DNA of 63,194 nucleotides, filler included, from Octopus bimaculoides (taxonomy: Eukaryota): assembly GCF_001194135.2 (NCBI RefSeq). It is 6 parts of 6 records of this genome, joined end to end, with 100 filler letters (N's around TTAATTAATTAA, not from the genome) between each part and the next. Parts side by side here need not be neighbours in the genome. Positions count along the whole stretch, not along the records: positions 36,428 to 40,408 come from NW_026397718.1; positions 40,509 to 60,916 come from NC_068990.1; 4 more parts are not named here. One strand, 5' to 3'. Of this stretch, positions 40,040-53,886 are shown piece after piece (the stretch's first letter is position 1; each line of letters begins with the position of its first letter). The notes under the pieces were generated by a model. It made no database searches, was not told the DNA's origin, and saw nothing but the letters and a program-made list of their open reading frames with translations. The position numbers and the translations under genes are program-made.

Positions 40040-40260
40040 AATTCAAACATGAACAAGTAAGAAAAAACACGAAAAAACACGAAAAATCAACAACGCGAGG
40101 ACGTGGAATAAGTACAGTGTTATTGGACGCTCAGGAAAGGAAAGAAAAGAAAGAGGATTTAACGTTTCGAGCGGAGCTCTTCGTCAGAAATATAGGAAAA
40201 GTCCAAAGAAGGGAAGGCGGAGAAAGAAAATCGCCAAGGATGCACACGCGGTCACATATT
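40040..40260. mobile_element. Penelope-type terminal repeat fragment
   Basis: acgtttcgagcggagctcttcgtcaga motif typical of PLE pseudo-LTRs; a similar motif lies at 10480-10620. Confidence 0.5.
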
Positions 40261-40662
40261 GGAATCTGTTGTTGGTACTCCGTCGCTTACGACGTCGAGG
40301 ATTCCAGTTGATCCGATCAACGGAACAGCCTACTCGTGAAATTAACGTGCAAGTGGCTGAGCACTCCACAGACACTTGTACCCTTAACGTAGTTTTCGGG
40401 GGATATTCNNNNNNNNNNNNNNNNNNNNNNNNNNNNNNNNNNNNNNNNNNNNTTAATTAATTAANNNNNNNNNNNNNNNNNNNNNNNNNNNNNNNNNNNN
40501 NNNNNNNNTATATATATATATATGTATGTATATATACTCACACGCAAGTAGAAGAAACATACGTGCAAAAAAATTATTGAGAAACAGATAATTTCTGCTA
40601 CGACTCCTATTTTATTTTTTAATTAATGATAGCAAGTCGATGTTGTATGTCTTTCCTTTCAG

Positions 40663-40857
40663 ATTTCGACTACAGATCATAAATTTTTCAGCACCTCCAA
40701 TGTTGTAACAGTTTCCAATGCTGCCAACCAGGATTGCTCTTAATAATTCGTATTTGATTATTACATATAAATGGTCTGCGCGTCATTGTCGACTTTCTAC
40801 GATTCCCGAATACATCTAAGCATGATTATTATATTCGCCTTAAATATAGTAGCCGAG
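40663..40857 (+). ncRNA. Candidate internal exon of a divergent plus-strand transcript (lncRNA or smORF)
   Basis: Acceptor gtatgtctttcctttcag, donor GAG|GTATTG. Upstream donor CTG|GTAAGTA at 39612; downstream acceptor at 47762 followed by AATAAA. Confidence 0.35.
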
Positions 40858-41454
40858 GTATTGCTAGCAGCATGGATATATTTTATTGTGTATGTACTTG
40901 CTGACTGATGACATCATTTGCGCATGAATGTTATCACACACACAAACACACGTACACACATACATATATTTAATCACGTATGAATATGAGTTTAAGCGCA
41001 TAAATTTTATATTATAAACAAGTAACAACGTTCTATTTATTATTTATATTTAACTTAACAACTGCATGCGACCGTCGAATTTCAATCACATCCACCCCCA
41101 CAGACCACAAAAACACACATATATATTAATAAATTGGTATATATATATATATATATATGGGTGTGTGTATGTGAGTGTCTGCGTATCTGTGCGTGCGTGT
41201 GTGTGTGAGAATACATATATTGCATTGCTCGCGCGTTCATAGGATCAGCAATCAGTTCAGGGAAACTTAAATATAGTTTAATGAAAGCAACAGTTATATA
41301 TGCTCACCGAGTACAATATTCGGCCGCGCTTGTTCGTATTCATGGTACGCTGAGTACACACACACACACACACACACACGTACACACGTACACCCACGTG
41401 CACACACACTTACGCACATACACACATACAAAAAATACATATATACATATCCAT

Positions 41455-41790
41455 TTAGATGCGAGATGTAGGGTCTTGCAGCAGCCAGCCTCTTGACCCA
41501 GAGCAGCACTACCTTCTACAAGCACTTGATGTATGGTTCCGTTTTGCAGGAAAAATCACATCGTTATGGGAATTTCCATTCAAACGCCGGCTGAGCTCCC
41601 AAAAGTCGATGCCAGCTGAGCATTATCGAGTTTTAGAAAAATTCCGGCCTTATTTGAACTTCAGGGCATATGACCTACCTATGTGCCAAAAATCATTAAA
41701 ATCGGTTGGACGGTGTGGTAAGAGTTACAGTAACCCCAAACACACACACAGACAGACACCATTACACATTTATGTATACAAACTATATTA
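41455..41790 (+). mobile_element. Non-autonomous Helitron/HINE-like repeat
   Basis: tatgtgccaaaaatcattaaaatcggtt...acagacagac 3' architecture resembles DINE-1/Lep1-like elements. Confidence 0.5.
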
Positions 41791-42113
41791 GAGGAAAAAT
41801 AAAAACAAAAGCACACGAGTATCCCAACTCATTTAGAATCAATTAATTAGGGTAAGGTGAATTTAAAGTCTTACAGCTGTTTCTTGGATAACGGAACCCA
41901 AATACGGATCACTAGATCCAGCCCTAGCTGTGATCTTGGAACCTAATGGTCGACCAACCACTGCACTTACCCAGCGTACCAATTCGTTTAGATTAAACGT
42001 AAGCTAAACCCCTCATATTCTCTCTCAGTGTATACATATATAAATAATTAAAAAATGGAGAAAACTTTAGATCAACAAAGAAATCAATTTGACAATATCT
42101 GTAGATTATTTCT

Positions 42114-42161
<48 letters not shown>

Positions 42162-43409
42162 ATATATATATAAGTAACATTGCGGCCAACGACCTGAAAT
42201 ATCGTCTGAGACTTTGGCTGATTAACATTACAGATATATTTAGCCTTGTTTGTATGCGTGAGTGCATGGATAAGAAAACCAGAGTAGTCAGGAACGAAGA
42301 ATATTAAATTTTGTAAAATTACTACGAAGGAAAGTCTGTTAAGAATGAGCAGATATCCAAATTAGATTTAAACTGAAAATATATCAACAAATTAGAAAGA
42401 AGTTCTTCCTACTCTCACAAAGCTCCTTATAAATCCCAACTATATAGGAATGGAAAACACACAGGAATTATAGGCTTTTATGGCAGGACAGAAAAATAAC
42501 ATAGAATGAAATATAACAGCACGGGATATTCTATTCTGTAACGTATATTATACATATGCATGACAGTATGTGTCATGCTGTAAATTATATATAAATGACC
42601 CAAGTTATAAATAAATCTAGTTAGAAACATGAAAGCTGTTAGCTTCACGAATCTAATTGTTCGTTACGAGATTAACATTATCACGCATTCGACTGAAACC
42701 TGCACCTGCTGCATATAGCTATTCCAGTATTATATAATCTATGGTAAACCAAACACACACAAGACATGGAATCACTTGTTGAAAATACGATTATTATTCA
42801 TTAGATAATATGTCTCGAAAATGATAATATAGAATCAATTCAGTAATATAGTTAAATATTAATAATATGATATAGTTAGACATACAATGTGTAATACTGT
42901 ATGTAATATAGAAAAATAGCGTTAATTTAATACAATCAGGTGATGTTGATAAGTGTTTATACAAACATATATACCTATATGTATGGATTATATATATATA
43001 TATATATATATGTATNNNNNNNNNNNNNNNNNNNNNNNNNNNNNNNNNNNNNNNNNNNNNNNNNNNNNNNNNNNNNNNNNNNNNNNNNNNNNNNNNNNNN
43101 NNNNNNNNNNNNNNNNNNNNNTATATATATATATAGGCACACGCACACACACACATACACACACACACACACACACATATATACATGCTTCTGCCTCTGC
43201 ATATGGACATATAAAAATGAGGTTCTTTATCGATCTATTTGTGTATCTATCCTCCCGTAAATATATACAGATAAAATATATCTATAAGTATGTATGTATG
43301 TATAAGTATACAAACATACATTAACATATAAATGTATGCATATAAGCCTGTACATACACACACACTGTATACACATATATTTACCTGTTTACCTGCATAT
43401 ACGTACTTA

Positions 43410-44440
43410 TATATTGGGTTGAGTCCTAAAAAAAAATCAGATCTTGTTAAACACCTTGTCATGAAAAATCTTTACAAATTACTATTTAAAATTATCTTTA
43501 TAAGCTTTCCACATGCGTTTTCATCTGATCACCATGAAAAAATATTTTCCCCATCAGAGCATTTTGCAGAGATCGAAAAAGATGGAAATCAGTTGGTGAA
43601 AGATCTGATGAATATAGTCATTGGATAGAACAGTCCAGCCCAAATCCAATATATTATCCTTCGTGATTTTTGCTGAATGTGATCTTGCGTTATCATGAAG
43701 CAGCATAACGTTTCTCATGTTGACATGTGCTTCAAAAGTTTTCAAGTGCAAGTTGCAGCTGTTGAAAGTATAAATCGGCATTTAGTCTTTGGTTGTGGTT
43801 TAAAAACTGAAAATGAATAATACTTCGGTGATCCCACCATATACACAACATAACATTCCTTCCCCGGAGCCTAGTCTTTAAGGTAGGTTGTGGAGATTTA
43901 TTCTTGTTAATCCACTTCCTTTTGCGTTGACCATTGTCATAATAGACACATTTTGCATCACCTGTAATGATATTATTGAGAAACAGATAATTTCTCTGTC
44001 TTGAAAGTTTGGTAACCCCAAGCTGAGACTTCCTATCTTTTATAAGTAGCGGCAAATGCTCAATTGGGATGCACCCAGGTCAGTTGTTAATCCTCAAGTA
44101 TTTTTATGAGGTTTGAATTCCATTAATTCTCTTAAAGCATTTTGATCAAAGTCTAATGAGCATCCTGGTCGGAGTTGATCTCTCAATGACAAATCTCCGG
44201 AACGAAACTTTGAAAACCAATTTCGCACTTGCCAATCAGTAATGATACCTTGGCCATTTTTTCTTGCTGTTACTGTTGCGTTTTTTCTATTCTTAAGCAT
44301 CCCCAATATCACACGGTGAATATGCACTTTCTGCTCATCCATTTTAGGGGAGCACGTTTTAACAAGTTTCATATGTGTGAGAAATATAGTTCTTTTAAAA
44401 ACGGTAGTCTCCATTTCAATCTTCAACATCTGAAGCTCGA
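43410..44440 (-). mobile_element. Decayed mariner transposase
   Basis: VRNWFSKFRSGD, IITGDAKCVYY, VMLCIWWD and LLHDNARSH motifs. Confidence 0.9.
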
Positions 44441-44504
44441 AATGCGTCGTTACAATTTACTTTTGTGTTTGAACCTATTAAAAACTGGGTTTTGTTTCTG
44501 GCAG

Positions 44505-45000
44505 AAGTTATCAATATTGGAGGCATTGACTGAAGCTATGATTTACCGCGGTGTAGTAAGAAGCATATTTCAGGTCAATAGTTTCGTATTTAAAGAACAT
44601 ATCATAGAACCAAGCAAGGATATATTCGTCACATTCTGCTTTACTAGTTTTCTTAAGGTGTTCATACGAATGAGCGAGTGAAACATATTCAGATAACATG
44701 TAGCAAGATCCAGTAAATAAAAGAACATGCAGGCATTATTTTTTCTTTTAAAATTCTGATGTGGCAGCCTCAGTTTGTTTCCTGATCATGTATCAGGTAT
44801 CCTTCTAAATTGGAAGACGAATTGCTTGAGGGAACAGTTGCAAGGATTCCTGCTAGAAGAGTCATAGAGCTTTACACTGAATTTAATACTGCTATGAAAA
44901 CCATTCATAATCATTTGGAGTAGCTCGGATAAGTTATAGCTGGGAAAAGTTTTGAAGTAGTGAAAAAGGGATCCTCATACTCTTTCAGCAGAAAATATAC
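44505..45000. mobile_element. Scrambled mariner fragments
   Basis: Minus-strand PDLATCY...FHSL C-terminus; plus-strand TIHNHLE second HTH. Confidence 0.55.
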
Positions 45001-45084
45001 GAATAAAGGTTTCACTGCTGCAAATTACTCAATACATGTAACCTTATACCATCTGAAAACTATAAAGTCTCTAGAGTTCGTCAA

Positions 45085-46055
45085 CAGTTATCATATGTAA
45101 TTTCTTTATTGTGTTTCACTATTCGACGTTTGTTTGTAAGCTTTTTGTAAATCTGATCAGTGAAAGTCCTTCAGTGATAGAGTAAAAAATATATGAAAAT
45201 GATTTTCTATGCGACATTTGTTTTGGAAAGATTTAAATGAGTGGATATCTGATAGAGAAGAGGTTGATGAATATGAAGATAGTTGACGTTTTGCGATCTG
45301 AGCAATTCCAAATCATTTTTAGTGACTTGAGCAATGTGAAGTCGAGCATTATTTTGAGAAAAAATAACCCGCCTTGGCACTTTATTACGGCTGAATGTTT
45401 TCTGTAGAAAGCAGACTTCAAACTGAAGTCATCATTTAGTTTGGTCTCAAAAGCTCATAATAAATACTTCTTTCTATACTCAACCAAACATTCAATAAAA
45501 CTTGGTGTGAGGTGGTGGTGAAGTCCTCTTCGTGTTTGCACTACGTTGTAGTGCATCTCCGAAAGGGACTTCTGCTCTACCCAATGAAATTTTATTGGCT
45601 GTTTGGTTAGATACGGAAGAAAAACTCATAATTACCTTTCAAGTCCACATCAAATAATGACTTCTGAAATTTACTGTCAGAAAATTCTGTTTGAAGACTG
45701 TTTTTGTTGGAAAGCATCCTGCCGTAATAAAGTGCAAGGAAGCGTTCTCTTTCATCAAGATAATGCTCGATTTCACATTACTCCATACATGTAACCTTAT
45801 ACCATTTGAAAATCAGAACGCAAAAAAGTCTAACATCTTAATATTCTTCAGGCTCTGTTCCATGAGACCTCCACTTATTTAGATTTTTGCAAAACCATTT
45901 CGACAAACATTTGTCAACAAGCATCACATGGAAAAATCATTTAAATATATATTTTATTTCAACATTCTACGACTTTTACTAATCGGTCTTACAAAAACTT
46001 ACAAACAAACGGCAAGTAGTGATGCGCAATAACGAAATTACATTGATGATTAAAT
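45085..46055. mobile_element. Inverted dimer of mariner 3' halves
   Basis: Arms 45085-45520 (minus) and 45585-46055 (plus) align over about 450 bp, each with a (Q)xNAR.H-type motif. Confidence 0.75.
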
Positions 46056-46669
46056 CTGCAGTATTAAATATGACATTGTTTTAAAGTAGACACTAAATAT
46101 TTCCGAGAACATTCTATACAACCTTATATACGTCTGTCTGTCTGATTGTCTGCCTGTATGAATGTATATAAATTTGTTTCTCTTTTATTCGAGATCAGCG
46201 ACTGTTTGTTACTGGATAAAGCGTATAATATTTTGCGTTTGGAATGTGCTGTCATCGCTAGCTGGTGATTATCACACGGTAACGACGGGTTACCACTCAG
46301 AAACCCGGGTCTGCGTGTATCACGTAAGGCTAGAGATGGGAACAGTGATTTCCTTTCACAAATACCAACCAGACACATAGAGTGTGTCGTTAGCCAGCTG
46401 GAGGAGATGTCTTCCTGGGGTTATAAATAACAGTAGCATCGTCCTCTATGGGTCCGCCTTATTTAGGTGGCAAATATACTATATACATATATATATATNN
46501 NNNNNNNNAATACGCATATATATATGTGTGTGTGTACACTAGAAACATGAATTAGCATTGAAATGGTTCATATTATAGAGCAATAAACTTTCTGCATTAA
46601 AACCGAGGCTCGTATGCAAACTTTCGGATACGAAGGAAGAAGAGCTGTAGCTATATATGTATATTCTTT

Positions 46670-47034
46670 TATTTTACTTGTTTCAGTCATATGACTGCGA
46701 CCATGCTCGAGCACCGCCTTTAGTTGAACAGATCATACTCTAGGACTTATTCTTTGTAAGCATAATACTTATTCTATCGGTTACTTAATGCCGAACCGCT
46801 AGGTGACGGGAATGTAAACGCACCAACTTTCAAGCGATGGTGGGGAACAAACACAGACGCACAAACATATACATATATACGACAGGTTTCGTTCAATTTC
46901 CGTCTACGAAATCCACTCACAAGGCTTTGGTCGATCCGAGGCTATAGTAGAAGACATTTGCCCTAGGTGCCACGCCGTGGGACTGAACCCGGAACCATAA
47001 GCAAGCTACTTACCACACAGCCACTCCTGCGCCT
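46670..47034 (-). mobile_element. tRNA-derived SINE
   Basis: Homologous to 35137-35524. Confidence 0.85.
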
Positions 47035-50000
47035 TTAATAGTAAAGTTTTAATTAAAAATATATAAAATTACCATTTTTTGCAGTCATTTTGAATTCAAA
47101 ATCTTCCAAGGAAATTCAAACAAAATTTAGATTTTTTCATTTGACTAATTCTCATTTAGAAATTAAATTAAAAATGAATGATAGTCATTGCAACTTTGCC
47201 TTTTCTGGATATAATGTACGTACTCTAATTTCGGTACTGTACAGCGACCAAGTCACAAATGAATATATTTAATGAATTTTAAAAATAATGTAAAAGTAAA
47301 TGAGGATACAAATTTAATAAAATGACTTTATTTCAAATAAATTAANNNNNNNNNNNNNNNNNNNNNNNNNNNNNNNNNNNNNNNNNNNNNNNNNNNNNNN
47401 NNNNNNNNNNNNNNNNNNNNNNNNNNNNNNNNNNNNNNNNNNNNNNNNNNNNNNNNNNNNNNNNNNNNNNNNNNNNNNNNNNNNNNNNNNNNNNNNNNNN
47501 NNNNNNNNNNNNNNNNNNNNNNNNNNNNNNNNNNNNNNNNNNNNNNNNNNNNNNNNNNNNNNNNNNNNNNNNNNNNNNNNNNNNNNNNNNNNNNNNNNNN
47601 NNNNNNNNNNNNNNNNNNNNNNNNNNNNNNNNNNNTGATAAATAAATTAAAAATAAAGTCATTTTCAGCATAAAAAAATTAACCCCATGCTTTAAAATTT
47701 TAAAAAAGTGAAAATAGTCAATTAAAATATTTGAATTCTTGTCATTCTCCTTTTCTGCACAGCCCTACTATATGATTCAGTACTGCTCATAGAGACAAAA
47801 TAAAAAGAATAAAAATATTTTGTTAAGTAATCTTGTTATAAAAATAATTTATTCAAAAATGGATTTTAAAAAGCCACACTACAAAAAATTAAGAAAACAA
47901 ATTTCATTTTTTATAAAAAATAATTTAGACTAATGAAAATAAATATTAGAACTCTTTGTATCGATTTGTGTTGTCTTTTATCTTTTGTTGTGTGTGCGCC
48001 TAAAAATAGTTTAGTTCATATATGAGTAGTGTCCCTTTGATATTACGCGAAGATTGATAAAAAATTGAGAATTAGAATTAAATATCCTTTTCTAATGGAT
48101 AAAATTTTACGAAACCTTTACCAATATATTTCTCTAACATTTCTCTTTCATATCAGTATCAATATAATAACTGGAAGAATAGTGTGGATTCAAAGTGTCG
48201 ATGTCGGCCGTTACTACCCATCAGTCAATCAGTTTGGTCTTTACATTTTTTCTCTTAACATTTGTTCTACTGCACCAGATTTCAAGTATTTTATATCTAA
48301 ATGTAGCTTATCACTAGTCAACATAATTCAAAAGACTAAGTTTGATTTCGCTTAAAACTGAATTAGTGAGAATCCTTGAAAGGCGCCGACTGCGACAAAA
48401 ATGTTACGTTAAGAATATTATTCAACTACTGCCGTAGTTGATATATATATATATATTTATATAAGGGCATTACTATATAGTAATGCCTCACGCTTAGAGG
48501 GACTAAATAAGTCAAAACTACCAAAAAATAAGCACATATTTACAGAAAGCGAGGGAATGCAACTTTCAAAAATTAACCTCCTAAAAACATTTAACTTAAC
48601 GGCAAACCACTGGTTTCATAATTAATGCAGCAATGTAGTAAGCTACATTTTTTATTCATCAGTGCACCTATGGTCGAGACACATAAAAAATAAACAAAAA
48701 TCAACACACCCCGATGTACCCAACAAAGTACGATGACTTCTGTTCATCCTTATATNNNNNNNNNNNNNNNNNNNNNNNNNNNNNNNNNNNNNNNNNNNNN
48801 NNNNNNNNNNNNNNNNNNNNNNNNNNNNNNNNNNNNNNNNNNNNNNNNNNNNNNNNNNNNNNNNNNNNNNNNNNNNNNNNNNNNNNNNNNNNNNNNNNNN
48901 NNNNNNNNNNNNNNNNNNNNNNNNNNNNNNNNNNNNNNNNNNNNNNNNNNNNNNNNNNNNNNNNNNNNNNNNNNNNNNNNNNNNNNNNNNNNNNNNNNNN
49001 NNNNNNNNNNNNNNNNNNNNNNNNNNNNNNNNNNNNNNNNNNNNNNNNNNNNNNNNNNNNNNNNNNNNNNNNNNNNNNNNNNNNNNNNNNNNNNNNNNNN
49101 NNNNNNNNNNNNNNNNNNNNNNNNNNNNNNNNNNNNNNNNNNNNNNNNNNNNNNNNNNNNNNNNNNNNNNNNNNNNNNNNNNNNNNNNNNNNNNNNNNNN
49201 NNNNNNNNNNNNNNNNNNNNNNNNNNNNNNNNNNNNNNNNNNNNNNNNNNNNNNNNNNNNNNNNNNNNNNNNNNNNNNNNNNNNNNNNNNNNNNNNNNNN
49301 NNNNNNNNNNNNNNNNNNNNNNNNNNNNNNNNNNNNNNNNNNNNNNNNNNNNNNNNNNNNNNNNNNNNNNNNNNNNNNNNNNNNNNNNNNNNNNNNNNNN
49401 NNNNNNNNNNNNNNNNNNNNNNNNNNNNNNNNNNNNNNNNNNNNNNNNNNNNNNNNNNNNNNNNNNNNNNNNNNNNNNNNNNNNNNNNNNNNNNNNNNNN
49501 NNNNNNNNNNNNNNNNNNNNNNNNNNNNNNNNNNNNNNNNNNNNNNNNNNNNNNNNNNNNNNNNNNNNNNNNNNNNNNNNNNNNNNNNNNNNNNNNNNNN
49601 NNNNNNNNNNNNNNNNNNNNNNNGTTAACCTTGAAAATCATTATCGGACTAATTAACTTCCGTCTCATTTAGCTTCCGTTCTTTCAAGTCCGTTAACCCC
49701 AAAATTTCATCAAAGCCAGTAAACGTTCAAAAGTTTTTAATGATTCAGATTGTGTAGCATATTTAATATTGTACGCATCAATCCTTTCAACCCCGATATA
49801 AAACCACTTATTGAAATAACTTGTAGAACCTTGTTTGGCCCTGCCTGGATTTGAATGCACCCGAAAAAAACTATGGACAAAAATTATTCCACACCGAGGT
49901 ACGGAATATTTACAGAAAGAATAAAATCTTGTACCAATTATACCCATATTTAAATTAATTGAAGTTCATGTACCTCATCTTGAAAAGTGGCAAAAGTTTT

Positions 50001-50369
50001 GCCGGTTGCCATCTGGGATAATTTTAGTAACAAATCAAACAGGTAAGATGCAATAGGAATTTCACTTTTAGTCTTTATCCGTAATGTCATTGCTTTTACA
50101 CCTGTTAATGAAAGTTGCCTGCCGATAAAAGTCAAATTTACTCAGCAAGATCTGCTAAAATTACACAACTATAAATGGACTGAATAATCGAACTGAATAA
50201 ATATTTTTACATTTGTTACAAAAGTGATTTTTATACAACATTACCGGTTTCGATATGCATGTCCTTCTGATCAAATATCAAAAATTCAAAGTCAAGAAAA
50301 TTGGAAATTATAGCAGATTGTTCTCATATTCTGAGCGTAAAGAACATGTATATATGTGGTCTGTGTGTG

Positions 50370-50415
<46 letters not shown>

Positions 50416-50598
50416 TGTGTGTGTGTTCAAACACCACTGGGGCATATGGTCATTATATACGTATTATAATCATGCTACTTATCTTCCTCTAGTTTTGGAT
50501 TGCAGGGCTGATTAACTCTCCGCAGGAGCTAACTTGAAAGTTCGCACGGCGTGCGGCTTTTAAACTAGTGCACACACACACGTACATACACGCGCGCG

Positions 50599-50652
<54 letters not shown>

Positions 50653-52924
50653 NNNNNNNNNNNNNNNNNNNNNNNNNNNNNNNNNNNNNNNNNNNNNNNN
50701 NNNNNNNNNNNNNNNNNNNNNNNNNNNNNNNNNNNNNNNNNNNNNNNNNNNNNNNNNNNNNNNNNNNNNNNNNNNNNNNNNNNNNNNNNNNNNNNNNNNN
50801 NNNNNNNNNNNNNNNNNNNNNNNNNNNNNNNNNNNNNNNNNNNNNNNNNNNNNNNNNNNNNNNNNNNNNNNNNNNNNNNNNNNNNNNNNNNNNNNNNNNN
50901 NNNNNNNNNNNNNNNNNNNNNNNNNNNNNNNNNNNNNNNNNNNNNNNNNNNNNNNNNNNNNNNNNNNNNNNNNNNNNNNNNNNNNNNNNNNNNNNNNNNN
51001 NNNNNNNNNNNNNNNNNNNNNNNNNNNNNNNNNNNNNNNNNNNNNNNNNNNNNNNNNNNNNNNNNNNNNNNNNNNNNNNNNNNNNNNNNNNNNNNNNNNN
51101 NNNNNNNNNNNNNNNNNNNNNNNNNNNNNNNNNNNNNNNNNNNNNNNNNNNNNNNNNNNNNNNNNNNNNNNNNNNNNNNNNNNNNNNNNNNNNNNNNNNN
51201 NNNNNNNNNNNNNNNNNNNNNNNNNNNNNNNNNNNNNNNNNNNNNNNNNNNNNNNNNNNNNNNNNNNNNNNNNNNNNNNNNNNNNNNNNNNNNNNNNNNN
51301 NNNNNNNNNNNNNNNNNNNNNNNNNNNNNNNNNNNNNNNNNNNNNNNNNNNNNNNNNNNNNNNNNNNNNNGTGTGTGTGTGTGTGTGTGTGTGTATTATT
51401 CTTAAATAAGAATGTTGTTGACAGTGACTTCGAAGTTTATGCCAGTTAATCCATCGTCGAGTAAGCCATTAGATAATTATAACTGAACATAAAAACAAAT
51501 ATTAGCACATGTCTATATATTTATTTAATGGGATGTCTTGGATGACAGTATCAATTTTATACCTTGTGATGTGATTTAAATGAGAAATTGGTCACTGTTT
51601 CTAGGAAATCAAGCAAGCAGATGTTCGCTGGTTGACTCGGGATTTTCTTTGGTGTATAACATCTGGCGATTTTACTTTCATCTTAGTTTCATCTCCTTTT
51701 GCAATCTTGTAACTGGGAGTTAAAGTAAAGCTAGGAAGAATTTTATGGCAGATGGATATTAGTAACTGTTTTTCTTCGCTCTCGTAATGATCAACCTAAG
51801 TGTTTATGAGAATGTTGTCGTCACATTCAGCTCAGTTACGTTAGAAACAGCCTTGAGAAAAAGTTGTTAGCCATATTACAGAGAGGAAAAAAAGAAAGAT
51901 TGAGAGAGAGAGAGAGATAGACAGACAGAGAGACAGAGGGTAGAGAGAGAAGGAAAGAGGACACGATAGCGTTTAAGCTGTGTAAAAAATTATTCATTCG
52001 ATTTATTTAGTAGGAGACGACAATGTGTATAGGTTTTGTTGTGTTGTTATTTATCTGTCGAGTGTTGTTAACTGATTGGTATACTGAATAACATGAATAA
52101 TGATGGATAGTCAAGTACTGTGTATTAGAAATTTAACGTCTATATTATTTTATTTTATTGGTTTTGTTCATAATCGGGTAAGCATTAATAATGAAAGCAT
52201 ATATAAAGAGGATTACAACGTACAAGATTATATATATGAGAGTAAAAAAAGTGAATGAAGGAATACACATGACAATATGGATACAAGCATACACACATAT
52301 ATGAACAGAAACAGAAACACGCAAACATATATATTACACGATGATAGACATCAGCGTACAAATATATATATATATATATANNNNNNNNNNNNNNNNNNNN
52401 NNNNNNNNNNNNNNNNNNNNNNNNNNNNNNNNNNNNNNNNNNNNNNNNNNNNNNNNNNNNNNNNNNNNNNNNNNNNNNNNNNNNNNNNNNNNNNNNNNNN
52501 NNNNNNNNNNNNNNNNNNNNNNNNNNNNNNNNNNNNNNNNNNNNNNNNNNNNNNNNNNNNNNNNNNNNNNNNNNNNNNNNNNNNNNNNNNNNNNNNNNNN
52601 NNNNNNNNNNNNNNNNNNNNNNNNNNNNNNNNNNNNNNNNNNNNNNNNNNNNNNNNNNNNNNNNNNNNNNNNNNNNNNNNNNNNNNNNNNNNNNNNNNNN
52701 NNNNNNNNNNNNNNNNNNNNNNNNNNNNNNNNNNNNNNNNNNNNNNNNNNNNNNNNNNNNNNNNNNNNNNNNNNNNNNNNNNNNNNNNNNNNNNNNNNNN
52801 NNNNNNNNNNNNNNNNNNNNNNNNNNNNNNNNNNNNNNNNNNNNNNNNNNNNNNNNNNNNNNNNNNNNNNNNNNNNNNNNNNNNNNNNNNNNNNNNNNNN
52901 NNNNNNNATATATATATATATATC

Positions 52925-53075
52925 CGACGGACTTATTTTAGTTACCGCAAAACAGTTCCACTCTCAAGGCTTTGGTCGGCCTGAAGCTATAGTAGAAGAC
53001 ACTTGCCCAAGGTTCAACGCAACGCAGAAGGACTGAACCCGGAACCATGTGGTTGGGAAGCAAGCCTCTCATCAC
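52925..53075 (-). mobile_element. tRNA-derived SINE 5' part
   Basis: caaggctttggtcggcc...gactgaacccggaaccatgtggttgg. Confidence 0.8.
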
Positions 53076-53182
53076 ACACACACTCACAATTATATATTTG
53101 AGCGTCTGTATATCTACTTATGTATGTATGCATGCAAGCATGTACGTATGTATGTATGTATGTATGTATGTATGTATGTATG

Positions 53183-53223
<41 letters not shown>

Positions 53224-53850
53224 CTTAGTTAGTTAGTGCCCAGAATATTATACACACCCTTGCAACTTGGTGAAAGAGTATCAGAGATGCGTACTCAAAG
53301 CAAAGTTTCTGAACACAAGACTCATTCAGCTCAAACAAATACTATCACCTTGTCCTGACCCTCATTCCAGTATTCCCGCTAAAGAACCATCTTCAATTGT
53401 ACGTTATATACCCACATCACAAGAACTAAAGGCAAAGATGATTTCAACGTAATTTAACCTCAGTAAGTACGACATTGGAACATATGCCGCAATGCACTTC
53501 GGCGGTCGTTTACGTAGTGAGAGCTAGCAGTGAACTTCACGAGCCAGTGTGCCGAGAGACATTACTGTGTTTTATTCACAAGTTATGAAATTTGTGTTTT
53601 TGTGATCACGTGTATACTGTAGTTTACGATTTTGTTATTGACAGAATAATCCTGCGTATATTCATGCAATCCTGCGTATATTCATGTGGGTTAAAAACCT
53701 GATATAGTAAACTTCACTTTAAAAGTTAAGGGCCCTACTAAAGTTTTCTTTAGAATAGTATAATCCAATTTTCCACATAACCATAAGAACCATTCTATCT
53801 TTAACAGATCTACTATGAAATTATCACTTTCATCTGCATATATATATATG

Positions 53851-53886
<36 letters not shown>

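Noticed and set aside
44511-44699. Protein-like ORF MLSEYVSLAHSYEH...
   Set aside because: An alternative frame shows mariner C-terminal motifs (PDLA...FHSL); transposon relic.
46162-46380. Overlapping plus and minus ORFs in a GC-balanced patch
   Set aside because: No recognisable motif and no consistent splice pair.
53648-53686. 19-bp tandem duplication aatcctgcgtatattcatg
   Set aside because: Only two units; ordinary slippage duplication.
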